A stretch of 64,000 bases of DNA from a virus. Its lineage: Duplodnaviria; Caudoviricetes. Positions 1 through 9,976 of the stretch are shown here, piece after piece; the stretch's first letter is position 1; each line of letters opens with the position of its first letter. The notes beneath the pieces are model-generated. The model had not been told where the DNA came from and did no database searches. It saw only the letters and a list, made by a program, of their open reading frames with translations. The stretch spans positions 3,061-67,060 of the IMG/VR virus record IMGVR_UViG_3300014775_001868. One strand, written 5' to 3'. The position numbers were made by a program, and so were the translations under genes.

Positions 1-126
1 ATTATAAAGAAACAATTATCTAGAATTCAATTACAAGATCAGCGGGGTTATATTTATGAATTTTCTATTGAAGCTATAGGAGATACTTTAACTCCTGTAT
101 GGAAAGATATTTATTTAAATAAATAA
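1..126 (+). CDS. 3' end of a gene truncated by the window edge (hypothetical)
   Basis: Frame 1 is open from base 1 (IIKKQLSRIQLQDQRGYIYEFSIEAIGDTLTPVWKDIYLNK) to TAA at 124-126, directly before the ATG at 129. Confidence 0.6.
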   Translation: MIKKQLSRIQLQDQRGYIYEFSIEAIGDTLTPVWKDIYLNK

Positions 127-128
127 TA

Positions 129-503
129 ATGTTAGAAATAAAACCAAAATCAATAATAGATAAAGGATTTGCAATATATCAACCCGCTTATTTTAATAAT
201 TTTAATTCTTATATAAAAATAGAATTAACTTATTATAAGAGTGATCCTCGTTATATTTGGACTGATTGTGATCCTAATGGATATATATTATTAAAAAATA
301 CTACCTCTATAAATAAAGATGGTAATTTATTTATTTATAATAATAATTTAGAAAAAGGTTTTTATAAAATATATATTGAACAAATAGATTTAGGTAATAC
401 AAGTATTTCTGGAAGTTTAATATTAGGATTTAAAAAAGAGCCTACTGAAGCTATTATTATAGGTTTACCTTATTCTATATATCCACCAATAAATTTATTA
501 TGA
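129..503 (+). CDS. hypothetical protein, probably virion structural
   Basis: 124-aa ORF coupled by ATGA overlap to the baseplate genes; no recognisable motif. Confidence 0.6.
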   Translation: MLEIKPKSIIDKGFAIYQPAYFNNFNSYIKIELTYYKSDPRYIWTDCDPNGYILLKNTTSINKDGNLFIYNNNLEKGFYKIYIEQIDLGNTSISGSLILGFKKEPTEAIIIGLPYSIYPPINLL

Positions 504-910
504 TTGATATTTCTTTAAGAGATGGAGATATAAAAATAATAACATCTAATAAAAGTAATGAAAAAACTTATTATGATATTGAAGTAGAAGAAGTTAATAT
601 ATCTGATATTTTAAAAAGAGTTTTATTAACTCCATTAGGTTACATAAGAGTTAGTTTAATAGAAAATCAGACTTTAGTATTTAAAGATGGTGAATATGGA
701 AGTGAATTATATAATTTATTAGCATCACCGTTAAATTATAATTGGTCAACAAAGATTAAACAAGTTATAGAAGATACTATTAATTCTTTAAATATTGTTT
801 CTCTTACAATCACTAATATTGAATTAGCAATGCCAGATTTAAGAACTATAACAGCTAAATTAAGTTATAGCTATAAAAATAAAAATGACTCTGTGATTAT
901 AGAAGTATGA
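500..910 (+). CDS. baseplate wedge protein, gp25/GPW-like
   Basis: 136 aa; DISLRDGDI, ILKRVLLTPLG and YGSELYNLL resemble gp25-like proteins; lies immediately upstream of a baseplate-J-like gene. Confidence 0.6.
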   Translation: MIDISLRDGDIKIITSNKSNEKTYYDIEVEEVNISDILKRVLLTPLGYIRVSLIENQTLVFKDGEYGSELYNLLASPLNYNWSTKIKQVIEDTINSLNIVSLTITNIELAMPDLRTITAKLSYSYKNKNDSVIIEV

Positions 911-1965
911 GAACTTTAGAACAAATTATAAACTCTATAAAATTAGAATTAAGAAATTCTAATAGTTCCTTAGCTAACTTTAATAAATTTTCTAATTTAT
1001 ATATTATTTTTAGAACAATAGCTAAGAGTATATTAGAGGTAGAATCTTTTATAGAATCTGAAAATAGTATTAAATATATAAATAATTTATCTGGTTCTGA
1101 TTTAGATATTAAAGCTAGAGAATTTGGTTTATCTAGAAAAACTACAGGGATAAAAGCATATGGTTCTGTTTTATATAGTTCTAATACAACTGTTACAGTA
1201 CCATCTAATACTGTCTTAACTGATCCTATATCTAAAGAACAATTTATTATTAATCAAACTCTTATATCTAATAATGTAGAACAAGTAACTAATATAACAG
1301 CAGTTACTGCTAAAAATATAGCGATACCAGCAGGAAGAGAATTATATAGTTCTTTATATTCTAATGTAAGTTTTACTATAGGTTCCTCTAGAGATACTAT
1401 AAATAATGAAGCTATAGGAGATATTATAGGAGGAGCTTCAGCTGAAACTGATGAATCATTAAGAAGAAGAATATTAAGTAGAATGAGTATAAGTTATTCA
1501 TCTACTAATAATGGATTAATATCAGCTATCTTAGAAGAAGAAGCAATATCAATAGCATTCATAAAAAATAATATTCCTTTTACAGGATATTTATCTATTT
1601 TTATTAATTCAAATAATTCTGTTGTTAGAGATAGAGTAAAAAGAATTATTGAAAATAATATAGCAGCTGGTACTAATTATTTTTTATATCCAATAAGAAC
1701 TATAAATATAGAAGTATATTTATCTATTAAAGTAAATACTTCTGTTAATTTAAATGAAATAGAAGAAAAAGTTTTATTTATATTAGGTGATTATATAGAA
1801 AATATAGAATTAGGTGGTGTTATTAAATTTAATACTATGGTAGGTTTAGTTTTAAATTTAAATGGGATTTTAGATGTTAATTTTTCTAGCCCATTAGAAG
1901 ATATTCAATTAGAACAAGATCAATTAGCTTTCTTACAAAATGCATATTTATCAATAAATACATAA
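907..1965 (+). CDS. baseplate J-like wedge protein
   Basis: Typical J-family motifs SGSDLDIKAREFGLSRK..KAYGSV and IIGGASAETDESLRRRI. Confidence 0.85.
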   Translation: MRTLEQIINSIKLELRNSNSSLANFNKFSNLYIIFRTIAKSILEVESFIESENSIKYINNLSGSDLDIKAREFGLSRKTTGIKAYGSVLYSSNTTVTVPSNTVLTDPISKEQFIINQTLISNNVEQVTNITAVTAKNIAIPAGRELYSSLYSNVSFTIGSSRDTINNEAIGDIIGGASAETDESLRRRILSRMSISYSSTNNGLISAILEEEAISIAFIKNNIPFTGYLSIFINSNNSVVRDRVKRIIENNIAAGTNYFLYPIRTINIEVYLSIKVNTSVNLNEIEEKVLFILGDYIENIELGGVIKFNTMVGLVLNLNGILDVNFSSPLEDIQLEQDQLAFLQNAYLSINT

Positions 1966-1966
1966 T

Positions 1967-2551
1967 ATGTCTATATTTAAATTTAATGAACCTTTATCTA
2001 TAAGAAATGAATTTATTTTAAATTATTTAAATAAGAATGAATTTTTTATAGTATTAGGAAAAACTTCATCTTGGGATGATACTTGGGGTGATAATACAAA
2101 TGATTCAAATCCACCTTTACCTTCTTTATATTTAGATAAAATTCCTGAACCTTTTATATATAAAAGATGTGAAGTAGTAAATCCTATTATTGAATCTTCT
2201 TGTAAAGCAGGAGATTTATCATTTAATGAATGTGATAAATTTGAATTAAATGGAAAAATATGGATTGAAATAGATTATAAAAATGAAGAATTTATTCGTT
2301 CTTTAGAATATAAGATTAGAAATTATATAGTAAAAGTAGATATAACTGAGTTAGAACTTGTAGGTATAAATAAATTTAGAGCTTTAGGTTTATTAATAAA
2401 TCCTATTTTAGAAGAAGGTGTTTCATCTAATTTAATTACATATAGAGTAGATCAAATAAAAGAAGCGGGTCAATTAAAATTAGTTTCTTTTTTTACACCT
2501 ATAACTAATAATGGTCAAATAATTAATTTTTCATTTATAGATAGCATATGA
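1967..2551 (+). CDS. baseplate wedge subunit, T4 gp8-like
   Basis: N-terminal FFIVLGKTSSWDD...DSNPPLP resembles gp8-like wedge proteins; baseplate context. Confidence 0.5.
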   Translation: MSIFKFNEPLSIRNEFILNYLNKNEFFIVLGKTSSWDDTWGDNTNDSNPPLPSLYLDKIPEPFIYKRCEVVNPIIESSCKAGDLSFNECDKFELNGKIWIEIDYKNEEFIRSLEYKIRNYIVKVDITELELVGINKFRALGLLINPILEEGVSSNLITYRVDQIKEAGQLKLVSFFTPITNNGQIINFSFIDSI

Positions 2552-5500
2552 GTTTAACTAATACACCTTCAGAATATATAGATAGATTTGATCCAAATTC
2601 TAATTGGATAAAAGTTTTATTTAAAGATAGTAGATTTTTACAATCGGGAGAATTAATAGAATTACAATCTATAATTCAGAATCAATTAAAAAGAGGATTT
2701 GATTCTATATATAAAAATGGATCTATTATAAAAGGTTTAATTATATCTATAGAATCAGAGACAGATTCTGAATATTTATTATCTATTAGTGAAGGTGAAA
2801 TATATATAAATGGTTTAATTATAAAAATAGATGCAGATTCTATTTCAGTACCTAAAGTAGGTTTATATAATATAGGTATTCTTTTTGAATCTAATGTTAT
2901 AAATGAATTTGATGATTTTTCATTAAGGGATCCTAATACAGGTGGTACTAGATATGGTACTGAAGGGGCCCATAGATTAATTGTTAATTATAGTTTTGTT
3001 ATAAATAATGAAGCGGCTGTTAATATAGCTAGAATATCTAATGGAGCTTTATATCAAAAACAAAGAAATCCTTATGAAAAATTAGAAGATATTTTAGCTA
3101 ATTATATATATGATAAATCTGGAAATTTTTGTGTTAATGGTTTAAATGTTTCTCAAGTACCATTAGAAAAGAATACAGTAACTGATACTACTAAATATAA
3201 AAATATATTAGAATCTCTTCAAACAATAGAATCAGAATATTTAGAAGCTTTAAATTCTACAAATGAATCAAAAGAAATCTTAGATAATTTTATATTAGAG
3301 TTAGAAGAAGCAAAAAGTAATTATCAAATATCTCCTTCTGAATCTAATTTAATTAATGTAAATCTTTTACAAGATCAAGTAGATAGAGCAGATTCTTTTT
3401 ATGAAAGAAAATTAAATGTTTTACAAACAGCTCAAAGTAAATATTTAAAAATACAAGAAGAATATGAAAAGGTAGAAGCTTTTTTAATTGAAAAAGTTAG
3501 ATTTTCTATAGAACCAGGGATTGCTTATATTTTAGGTAAAAGAGTAAATTTAGCAACGGCTGGTTATTTAGATATAAGTAAAGAATTGGGAGAAGAAACA
3601 GTAGATTCTGCTGTATTTACTTATAGTGGTAGTATTGCTTCTACTGTTAAAACTTTATCTTTAGGGACTAATATCACTATTCAAAATTTAAAAGATCAAA
3701 AAGTTGAATTAAAATTTGATTTTAATAAAATTTTATATAAACAAGAATTCTCTGATATTTCTATAACTTTCGATCTTAGTATTATTCCTTTCATTTCTAT
3801 AGATTCTTTATTAGATTTTATAGTTTTAGAATTAAATAAATTAAGTGGAGATGATATTAGTAATGGTGTTGATATAACTTCTGCTACAACTGATTTACCA
3901 AAATTAGAATTAAGAAATATACTTAAATCTAATTTAATTATTTCTAAAAATACTAGTGATTCTCTTTTATTTGAAGCGACTTCATTATCATTAGAAGCTA
4001 ATCAAATAGAAATTATTACTAGAGCATATATAGATAATATAATTACATCTAATTTAGAAGTAGATATTCCTTCATCTACATTAACGGGAGCGTCTAGAAA
4101 TTCTGATTTTCAATTAGGATTTAGACCAGTTAAAGAAGTTTTAAGTGTTGTAGCTGATTTAGAAGATAATCAAAGACCTATAATAAGAGGTCAAACTCCT
4201 GGTACAGCAGATGTATTAGGAGATGATTCTATTTTTAGAATAGTAAAAGTAAATCAAGGTAGTACTACTTTTATAGAAGATATTGATTATACTCTTATTA
4301 ATCAATCTGAATTATTATGGTTAGAAGCAAATGAACCTGCTGCTGGTACTACTTATTTTGTAACTTATATTTATACACAACCTTTAGGAAAAGGTACAGA
4401 TTATATATTAGATACCACTACAGATTCTATTGTTTTTGTAGGCCAAACTCCTGCTAGAAATCAAACATTTAGAGTTACTTATACTTATTATTTATCTAGA
4501 GAAGGAATTATTTATTTAGATAGTAATGGTTTACTTAATTATGTAATATCTAATTCTTCTAGAGAACCTATTAGTCCTAAACCATCTGATGATGTATTAC
4601 CTTTAGCTAAATTTAGATTATATAAAGATTCAGTTGATTTAATTAATTATAATTGTAAAGCTTTTTCTTTTGAAGATATTAGAGAATTAATTAAAATTAC
4701 AAAAACTAATTTAATTAATTTAGAAAAATTAAAATTATCTAATAATGCTTTATTATCTTCTATTAGATATTTATCTTATATTAATAAAAGTGAAACAGAA
4801 CCATTAGCTATTGAATCTAATAATTATTCTGATTTAGAAAAAATTGATTTAAATAATAGTGAATCTAATTTTGCTTTTTCTTTTATATCTAATTTAATAA
4901 CAACTAATTATACTTATATAGATAAAGAAGTTGAATATCTATTAGGTGGTACTGTTGAATCTAATATAAATGATGAACCTTATTTTGTATATTTAGGTGG
5001 AACTCCTTTATTATTTATAGAACAAGAAAAAAGTTCTTCTTATTTAACAATTAATAAAATTATTAATGAAAAAGCAAGAGGGAAATTATTTATAACAGAT
5101 CAATATTCTTTTTCAAATAAAGAATTAAAACAAATAACCGCTTGTGATTATTTATTATCAAATTCATCTTTAGCGTTAAGAAATAATAGTTCTAATACAT
5201 ATTTTTCTAATAATTTAGAATTAATTAAAAATCAACTTAATTCTGTATTAGAAGATGTTGTAAATAATAATATTGAAGGATTACCAACTACAGTAATAGA
5301 TGATGCTAACTCTTTATTAAATTTAGTTAGTAAGATTGGTTTAAGTTCTAATAAAAGTATAACTATACATATAGAAGATTTAATACCAAATACTAATAGT
5401 TATAAAGTATATGTTGGTGGTATTGAAATAAAAAATTTCACTTTAATTAATGGTACCAATTATTCCAATATAGATACTGAAACTATAAGAGCTAAAGATG

Positions 5501-6855
5501 ATGGAACTATTGATTTAAAATTAAATTTACCTGATTTAAATTATGGATCTCATACTATAGAAATAAAAGGTCCTAATGGTTATGCTAAAACTAGTATTTA
5601 TATTTTTAATAATCTTTTAAATCACATATTATTTTTAGCAGCTAGACAATTTAATTTACCTATTAGTACAGGTTTAAAAAATGAAGAATTATTTCCAATA
5701 ATAAAAGGGGATAATCCAATTCAAATTATTACTATTAATAATGATGTTTTAAATCCTGGTGCTATTCCTTATATTAATAGTTATGAAAATGAAGACTTTT
5801 TAGATATATTAGAACCTATTCATCAAAGTTTTTCTGTACCTATTTATTGTCATTTAACTAGAATAAGTTTAAAATTTAGAGCGGTTTCAAATGATTCTAA
5901 TATTAAATTAATATTGAGAGAAGTAATAGATGGAATACCACAAAGAATAATACATGGTATTGCAAGATTAGATACTTTAAATATTTCTTCTAATGCTTCT
6001 TTATGGTCTAATTTTAATTTTGATTATCCTATTATTTTATCTCCCTTAAAAGAATATTGTTTTTCAATTTATTCTGAAGATGAAAATTATGATATTTTTG
6101 TTTCAAAAATAAATGAACCTGATATTAATACAGGAATAGAAATAGGAGATCAATTATATTTAAGTGGAGATTTATATTTATCAAAAGATGGAATAAGATT
6201 TCAAAGAGTTTATGATACTGATTTAACTTATAGATTATATGTAGAAAAATTTAATAATTTAAATACAACTGTTAGTTTAGGTAATTATACTTTAGGATCT
6301 TCTTTTAATTCTTTCTGTTTAAATATAAGAGATATAGAACCAGCAGGAACTAATATTTCTTATGAATATAGAGAATTAGGGGGAGAATGGAAATCTTTAG
6401 ATTCTAATTTAGTTACTTGTTTAAATACAAAAGTAAATAGTATTAAATTAAGAGCGACTTTAAATTCATCAAATGAATTAATTAGTCCCTATGTTTTATT
6501 ACAAGGAGCTACTGTTTCTTTTTATGAAAGTGATACAACAGGTAGTATTATTTCAACAAGAGAAACTTATACAGATTCTTACTCTAATGCAGTTGTATAT
6601 ATACAAGTATTAGATGATGAAGATTTTGAATATAAAGTATATATACATGATAAATCTACTGAATCTCTCGATTGGGTTGAATTAACTAAAGATATTGATT
6701 ATGTAAATATAATAGATGCTGGCTTAAGTATTAAAGAATATAGATATATTATTAATGGAACCTTTAATAAATATTTCACATATAAAATAGAATTTTCTTC
6801 TAATAATATAAATAAACAACCAATAATAATTAATTCATATAATTTCGTATGGTAA
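2548..6855 (+). CDS. large baseplate/tail protein, DUF4815-like (paralog 1)
   Basis: N-terminus YIDRFDPNSNWIKVLFKDSRFLQSGELIELQSI, plus GAHRL, SGNFCVNG and IEPGIAYILG, match the DUF4815-type architecture. Confidence 0.75.
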   Translation: MSLTNTPSEYIDRFDPNSNWIKVLFKDSRFLQSGELIELQSIIQNQLKRGFDSIYKNGSIIKGLIISIESETDSEYLLSISEGEIYINGLIIKIDADSISVPKVGLYNIGILFESNVINEFDDFSLRDPNTGGTRYGTEGAHRLIVNYSFVINNEAAVNIARISNGALYQKQRNPYEKLEDILANYIYDKSGNFCVNGLNVSQVPLEKNTVTDTTKYKNILESLQTIESEYLEALNSTNESKEILDNFILELEEAKSNYQISPSESNLINVNLLQDQVDRADSFYERKLNVLQTAQSKYLKIQEEYEKVEAFLIEKVRFSIEPGIAYILGKRVNLATAGYLDISKELGEETVDSAVFTYSGSIASTVKTLSLGTNITIQNLKDQKVELKFDFNKILYKQEFSDISITFDLSIIPFISIDSLLDFIVLELNKLSGDDISNGVDITSATTDLPKLELRNILKSNLIISKNTSDSLLFEATSLSLEANQIEIITRAYIDNIITSNLEVDIPSSTLTGASRNSDFQLGFRPVKEVLSVVADLEDNQRPIIRGQTPGTADVLGDDSIFRIVKVNQGSTTFIEDIDYTLINQSELLWLEANEPAAGTTYFVTYIYTQPLGKGTDYILDTTTDSIVFVGQTPARNQTFRVTYTYYLSREGIIYLDSNGLLNYVISNSSREPISPKPSDDVLPLAKFRLYKDSVDLINYNCKAFSFEDIRELIKITKTNLINLEKLKLSNNALLSSIRYLSYINKSETEPLAIESNNYSDLEKIDLNNSESNFAFSFISNLITTNYTYIDKEVEYLLGGTVESNINDEPYFVYLGGTPLLFIEQEKSSSYLTINKIINEKARGKLFITDQYSFSNKELKQITACDYLLSNSSLALRNNSSNTYFSNNLELIKNQLNSVLEDVVNNNIEGLPTTVIDDANSLLNLVSKIGLSSNKSITIHIEDLIPNTNSYKVYVGGIEIKNFTLINGTNYSNIDTETIRAKDDGTIDLKLNLPDLNYGSHTIEIKGPNGYAKTSIYIFNNLLNHILFLAARQFNLPISTGLKNEELFPIIKGDNPIQIITINNDVLNPGAIPYINSYENEDFLDILEPIHQSFSVPIYCHLTRISLKFRAVSNDSNIKLILREVIDGIPQRIIHGIARLDTLNISSNASLWSNFNFDYPIILSPLKEYCFSIYSEDENYDIFVSKINEPDINTGIEIGDQLYLSGDLYLSKDGIRFQRVYDTDLTYRLYVEKFNNLNTTVSLGNYTLGSSFNSFCLNIRDIEPAGTNISYEYRELGGEWKSLDSNLVTCLNTKVNSIKLRATLNSSNELISPYVLLQGATVSFYESDTTGSIISTRETYTDSYSNAVVYIQVLDDEDFEYKVYIHDKSTESLDWVELTKDIDYVNIIDAGLSIKEYRYIINGTFNKYFTYKIEFSSNNINKQPIIINSYNFVW

Positions 6856-9587
6856 GAGATATAAACCATTGGGAAAAAGTATTGTTTCTTCCTAATAGGA
6901 AACTACAAACTTTAGAATTAAATGAAACACAAGATGTTTTAAGAAAACAGATAACTTCTAATTTTGAATCTTTTTATGATGTAAATTATTCTGTCATAAA
7001 TGGATTCGAAATTAATTATCTTAATTTTATAGATGATAAATATATATTTTATATAAGTAGTGGTTTATTAAAATATAAAGATAATAATGGTATATCTCAT
7101 TTTTTAAGAGTTAAAGAGCGAACTATTTCTATAGAAAAAGAAGCTCGCTCTTTTATTAACCTTAAAATATCAGAAGAATATATAACAGAAATAAAAGATG
7201 AAATTGATGGTTCTTTTTTATTTGGATCAATAGGTTCTGATAGATTATCTTATTCTATTTCTTCTACCATTAATAATGATGGTTGGCCTTTAGCTATTAT
7301 AGATACCTTCAATAATATTCCTTATATTTATAATTTCTTTGAAAAAAAATATGAGAGAGATTTTTTATTAACAAGATTCCCTCAAAGAATTTTAGATAAA
7401 ATTTATAAAATATTTTATGAACAGAGTGGTAATTTTATAGCTAACGGTCTTGAATTATTATTAGATGATAGACCTAATCAAATACCAATATTAAAAGTAC
7501 AAGAAGGTGTCGCATATATTGATGGTAAAAGAGTCGCTTTAAATACAACTAAATATTTTAGATTAACAGAAACTATTCATCCTGAAGGTACTAATATATA
7601 TATCTATTTAGATAGACGAGGTTCTGTTTTTTATAGAAATTATTTATTATCTAATAAAACTAGAAATTGGTTTTTATTAGGTTCTGTTTCTTATAGAGGT
7701 AGAACTCGTATTGTAAATTTAAGTAAATCGAGAAAATTAACTAACACTGATATTCAAAATATAGAAGATTTAAATAATAAATTAAAAATAGATTATCAAA
7801 ATTTAGCTTTAAGTTATAGAAATATAGGTATCAATAGAGTAAATTTATTGGATACATTTATAGCTTCTTTTTCTGATTTAACACAATCAGATATATATAA
7901 TTATTTATTTGATTGTAGTATTTCTAATGAATTAGAATATTGTTCATTACCAAAACAATCTAGAATATTTAATTTAAATGATTTAACAATCATAGAAAAT
8001 AAAAATGTAATCAAATATAATAATCATTTCATTCCAGCGTTTACCGAATTTAAAGTTTTAAATCAGAGTCAATCAACAGAATGGATAGAACTTAGTATTA
8101 ATAATACTAAAAAAGGAAATATAAAAATAACTCCTAATTTTGCTTATCCTAATGTAGATAGTTTAGAATATAAAGTTTTATATGAAGGTAATAGTAAAGT
8201 ATTGTTAAATGCATTAGAAGTAGAAGTAGAAGGAACCGGATTTTTAAATGAAAGTAATTTATCAGTTATATTTGGAAATGTTGTAATTACTGATTTAGAA
8301 GTAATAATAGGGACTATATCAAATACTGATAATACTATTATTCCTAGAAATGATGGTTATTTAAAAATTAAATTTAAGATACCAAATAATTTAGATTCAG
8401 GAAATTATGTAGTTGAGATTAAGAATGAAAATATAAGTGCGGCTGCTATATTTAGAAGTATTAATAAACCAACTATTAGTCCTATTGAAAGTACTATTGA
8501 TTTAGAAGTAACAGATACTGTTATAGCTCAATCTTTTAATATTAATAGTGGAACTATTATTAAAGGTGGTGAATTATTTTTTAGAACAGTTAATAATTCT
8601 GATGTAAGAGAAATAATAGGTCAAATACATATATCTCCTATTATTTCTAATAAAATACAAAATATATCAATAGCATCATCTTATTTATATGCGACTGATA
8701 TTAAAACTACATCTAATGGTTCTTTAGGTTCTAAATTTAATTTTGAAACACCTTTATATTTAAAGAAAGGAAAATATGCAATAGTATTTTCTTCTTATGT
8801 TTCTAATTTAGAGATATATACAGCAACTGCAAATGAATCTTTATTATCAGGAAATTCAAATGCTATAGATGTTATAGATGGTAATTTATTTACATATTCA
8901 AATAACACTTGGATTCCTCAATTAGATAAAGATTTAACTTTTAATTTAACTTCATTTAATTTCACACAATTAGATAGTTCTATTTCATTTAGATTAAATA
9001 ATCCATTTGAAGAATTTAAAGTTTTAACTTCTTATATAAATTACATAAGACCCACAGGAACTATTATAGAAATATTATATAAAGAAGAAGGTCAAGGAAA
9101 TTTTAATACTTTAAATCCTAATATAACTTTTACTAAGAATTTATCTTATGTAGATATACAATTAAGATTTAAATCTTCAAGTTATTTAGCTCCTTTTATT
9201 AATGATAAATATTATTTTGTAACAAATTCATTTAAAGAAAAAGGAATTTGGATTTCTAAAACAGTAGAAATGCAAAGTTATTATTCTGAAGTAAATTTAG
9301 AATTAGATCTTTATTTACCAGATAGGAGTGAAATAGATATATACATTTCATCTAATAACACTCAAACTTGGGTTAAATTAGAAAAACAATCTGAAAAATT
9401 AATTAATGGAAGTATCCCACTATATAGAGTTAAATATAGTAAAGATGTAGGAGAAACCGAATTATTTTATATCAATAATAAGAGTACAACATTTAAAAGA
9501 AAGAATTTAACAATAAGAGTAGATTTAAAATCTTCTAATATTAGTTCTTTACCTTATTTTAGAAATATAATTGCTAATGTATTATGA
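6849..9587 (+). CDS. large baseplate/tail protein, DUF4815-like (paralog 2)
   Basis: WEKVLFLPNRKLQTLELNETQ, GSDRL, SGNFIANG and VQEGVAYIDG parallel the motifs of the upstream gene. Confidence 0.7.
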   Translation: MVRDINHWEKVLFLPNRKLQTLELNETQDVLRKQITSNFESFYDVNYSVINGFEINYLNFIDDKYIFYISSGLLKYKDNNGISHFLRVKERTISIEKEARSFINLKISEEYITEIKDEIDGSFLFGSIGSDRLSYSISSTINNDGWPLAIIDTFNNIPYIYNFFEKKYERDFLLTRFPQRILDKIYKIFYEQSGNFIANGLELLLDDRPNQIPILKVQEGVAYIDGKRVALNTTKYFRLTETIHPEGTNIYIYLDRRGSVFYRNYLLSNKTRNWFLLGSVSYRGRTRIVNLSKSRKLTNTDIQNIEDLNNKLKIDYQNLALSYRNIGINRVNLLDTFIASFSDLTQSDIYNYLFDCSISNELEYCSLPKQSRIFNLNDLTIIENKNVIKYNNHFIPAFTEFKVLNQSQSTEWIELSINNTKKGNIKITPNFAYPNVDSLEYKVLYEGNSKVLLNALEVEVEGTGFLNESNLSVIFGNVVITDLEVIIGTISNTDNTIIPRNDGYLKIKFKIPNNLDSGNYVVEIKNENISAAAIFRSINKPTISPIESTIDLEVTDTVIAQSFNINSGTIIKGGELFFRTVNNSDVREIIGQIHISPIISNKIQNISIASSYLYATDIKTTSNGSLGSKFNFETPLYLKKGKYAIVFSSYVSNLEIYTATANESLLSGNSNAIDVIDGNLFTYSNNTWIPQLDKDLTFNLTSFNFTQLDSSISFRLNNPFEEFKVLTSYINYIRPTGTIIEILYKEEGQGNFNTLNPNITFTKNLSYVDIQLRFKSSSYLAPFINDKYYFVTNSFKEKGIWISKTVEMQSYYSEVNLELDLYLPDRSEIDIYISSNNTQTWVKLEKQSEKLINGSIPLYRVKYSKDVGETELFYINNKSTTFKRKNLTIRVDLKSSNISSLPYFRNIIANVL

Positions 9588-9976
9588 TGACTGATTTATA
9601 TTCTATATATTATAAAATACCTAATGATCATTTTATTTCTAAAGAATCTTTAAGAGGAGATAATTTAGAGGTTACCTATTTAGAATTAAAAAATAGAATA
9701 GGTAATTTTATAGATGATAATCAGTTAAAGTTATTAGCTATTTTATTATCTGGATTAGATTTAAATTCTTTTACAAATGAAGAAATTATATCGTTATTAA
9801 AAATAAATTGGGGCTTTTTAGAATTACGTAGTCTACATAAAAAAATAGAAAAGTTTAATCCATTTATTCCTTATTTTCATTCTAATAAAGGATATAACTA
9901 TTTTGTTAATTCTTTTATTTTAAAAAGAAAAGTAGTAAGTATAAAACAATATATAGGAGAATATTTAAATGCCTGA
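9584..9976 (+). CDS. hypothetical protein
   Basis: 130-aa ORF overlapping both neighbours. Confidence 0.55.
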   Translation: MMTDLYSIYYKIPNDHFISKESLRGDNLEVTYLELKNRIGNFIDDNQLKLLAILLSGLDLNSFTNEEIISLLKINWGFLELRSLHKKIEKFNPFIPYFHSNKGYNYFVNSFILKRKVVSIKQYIGEYLNA

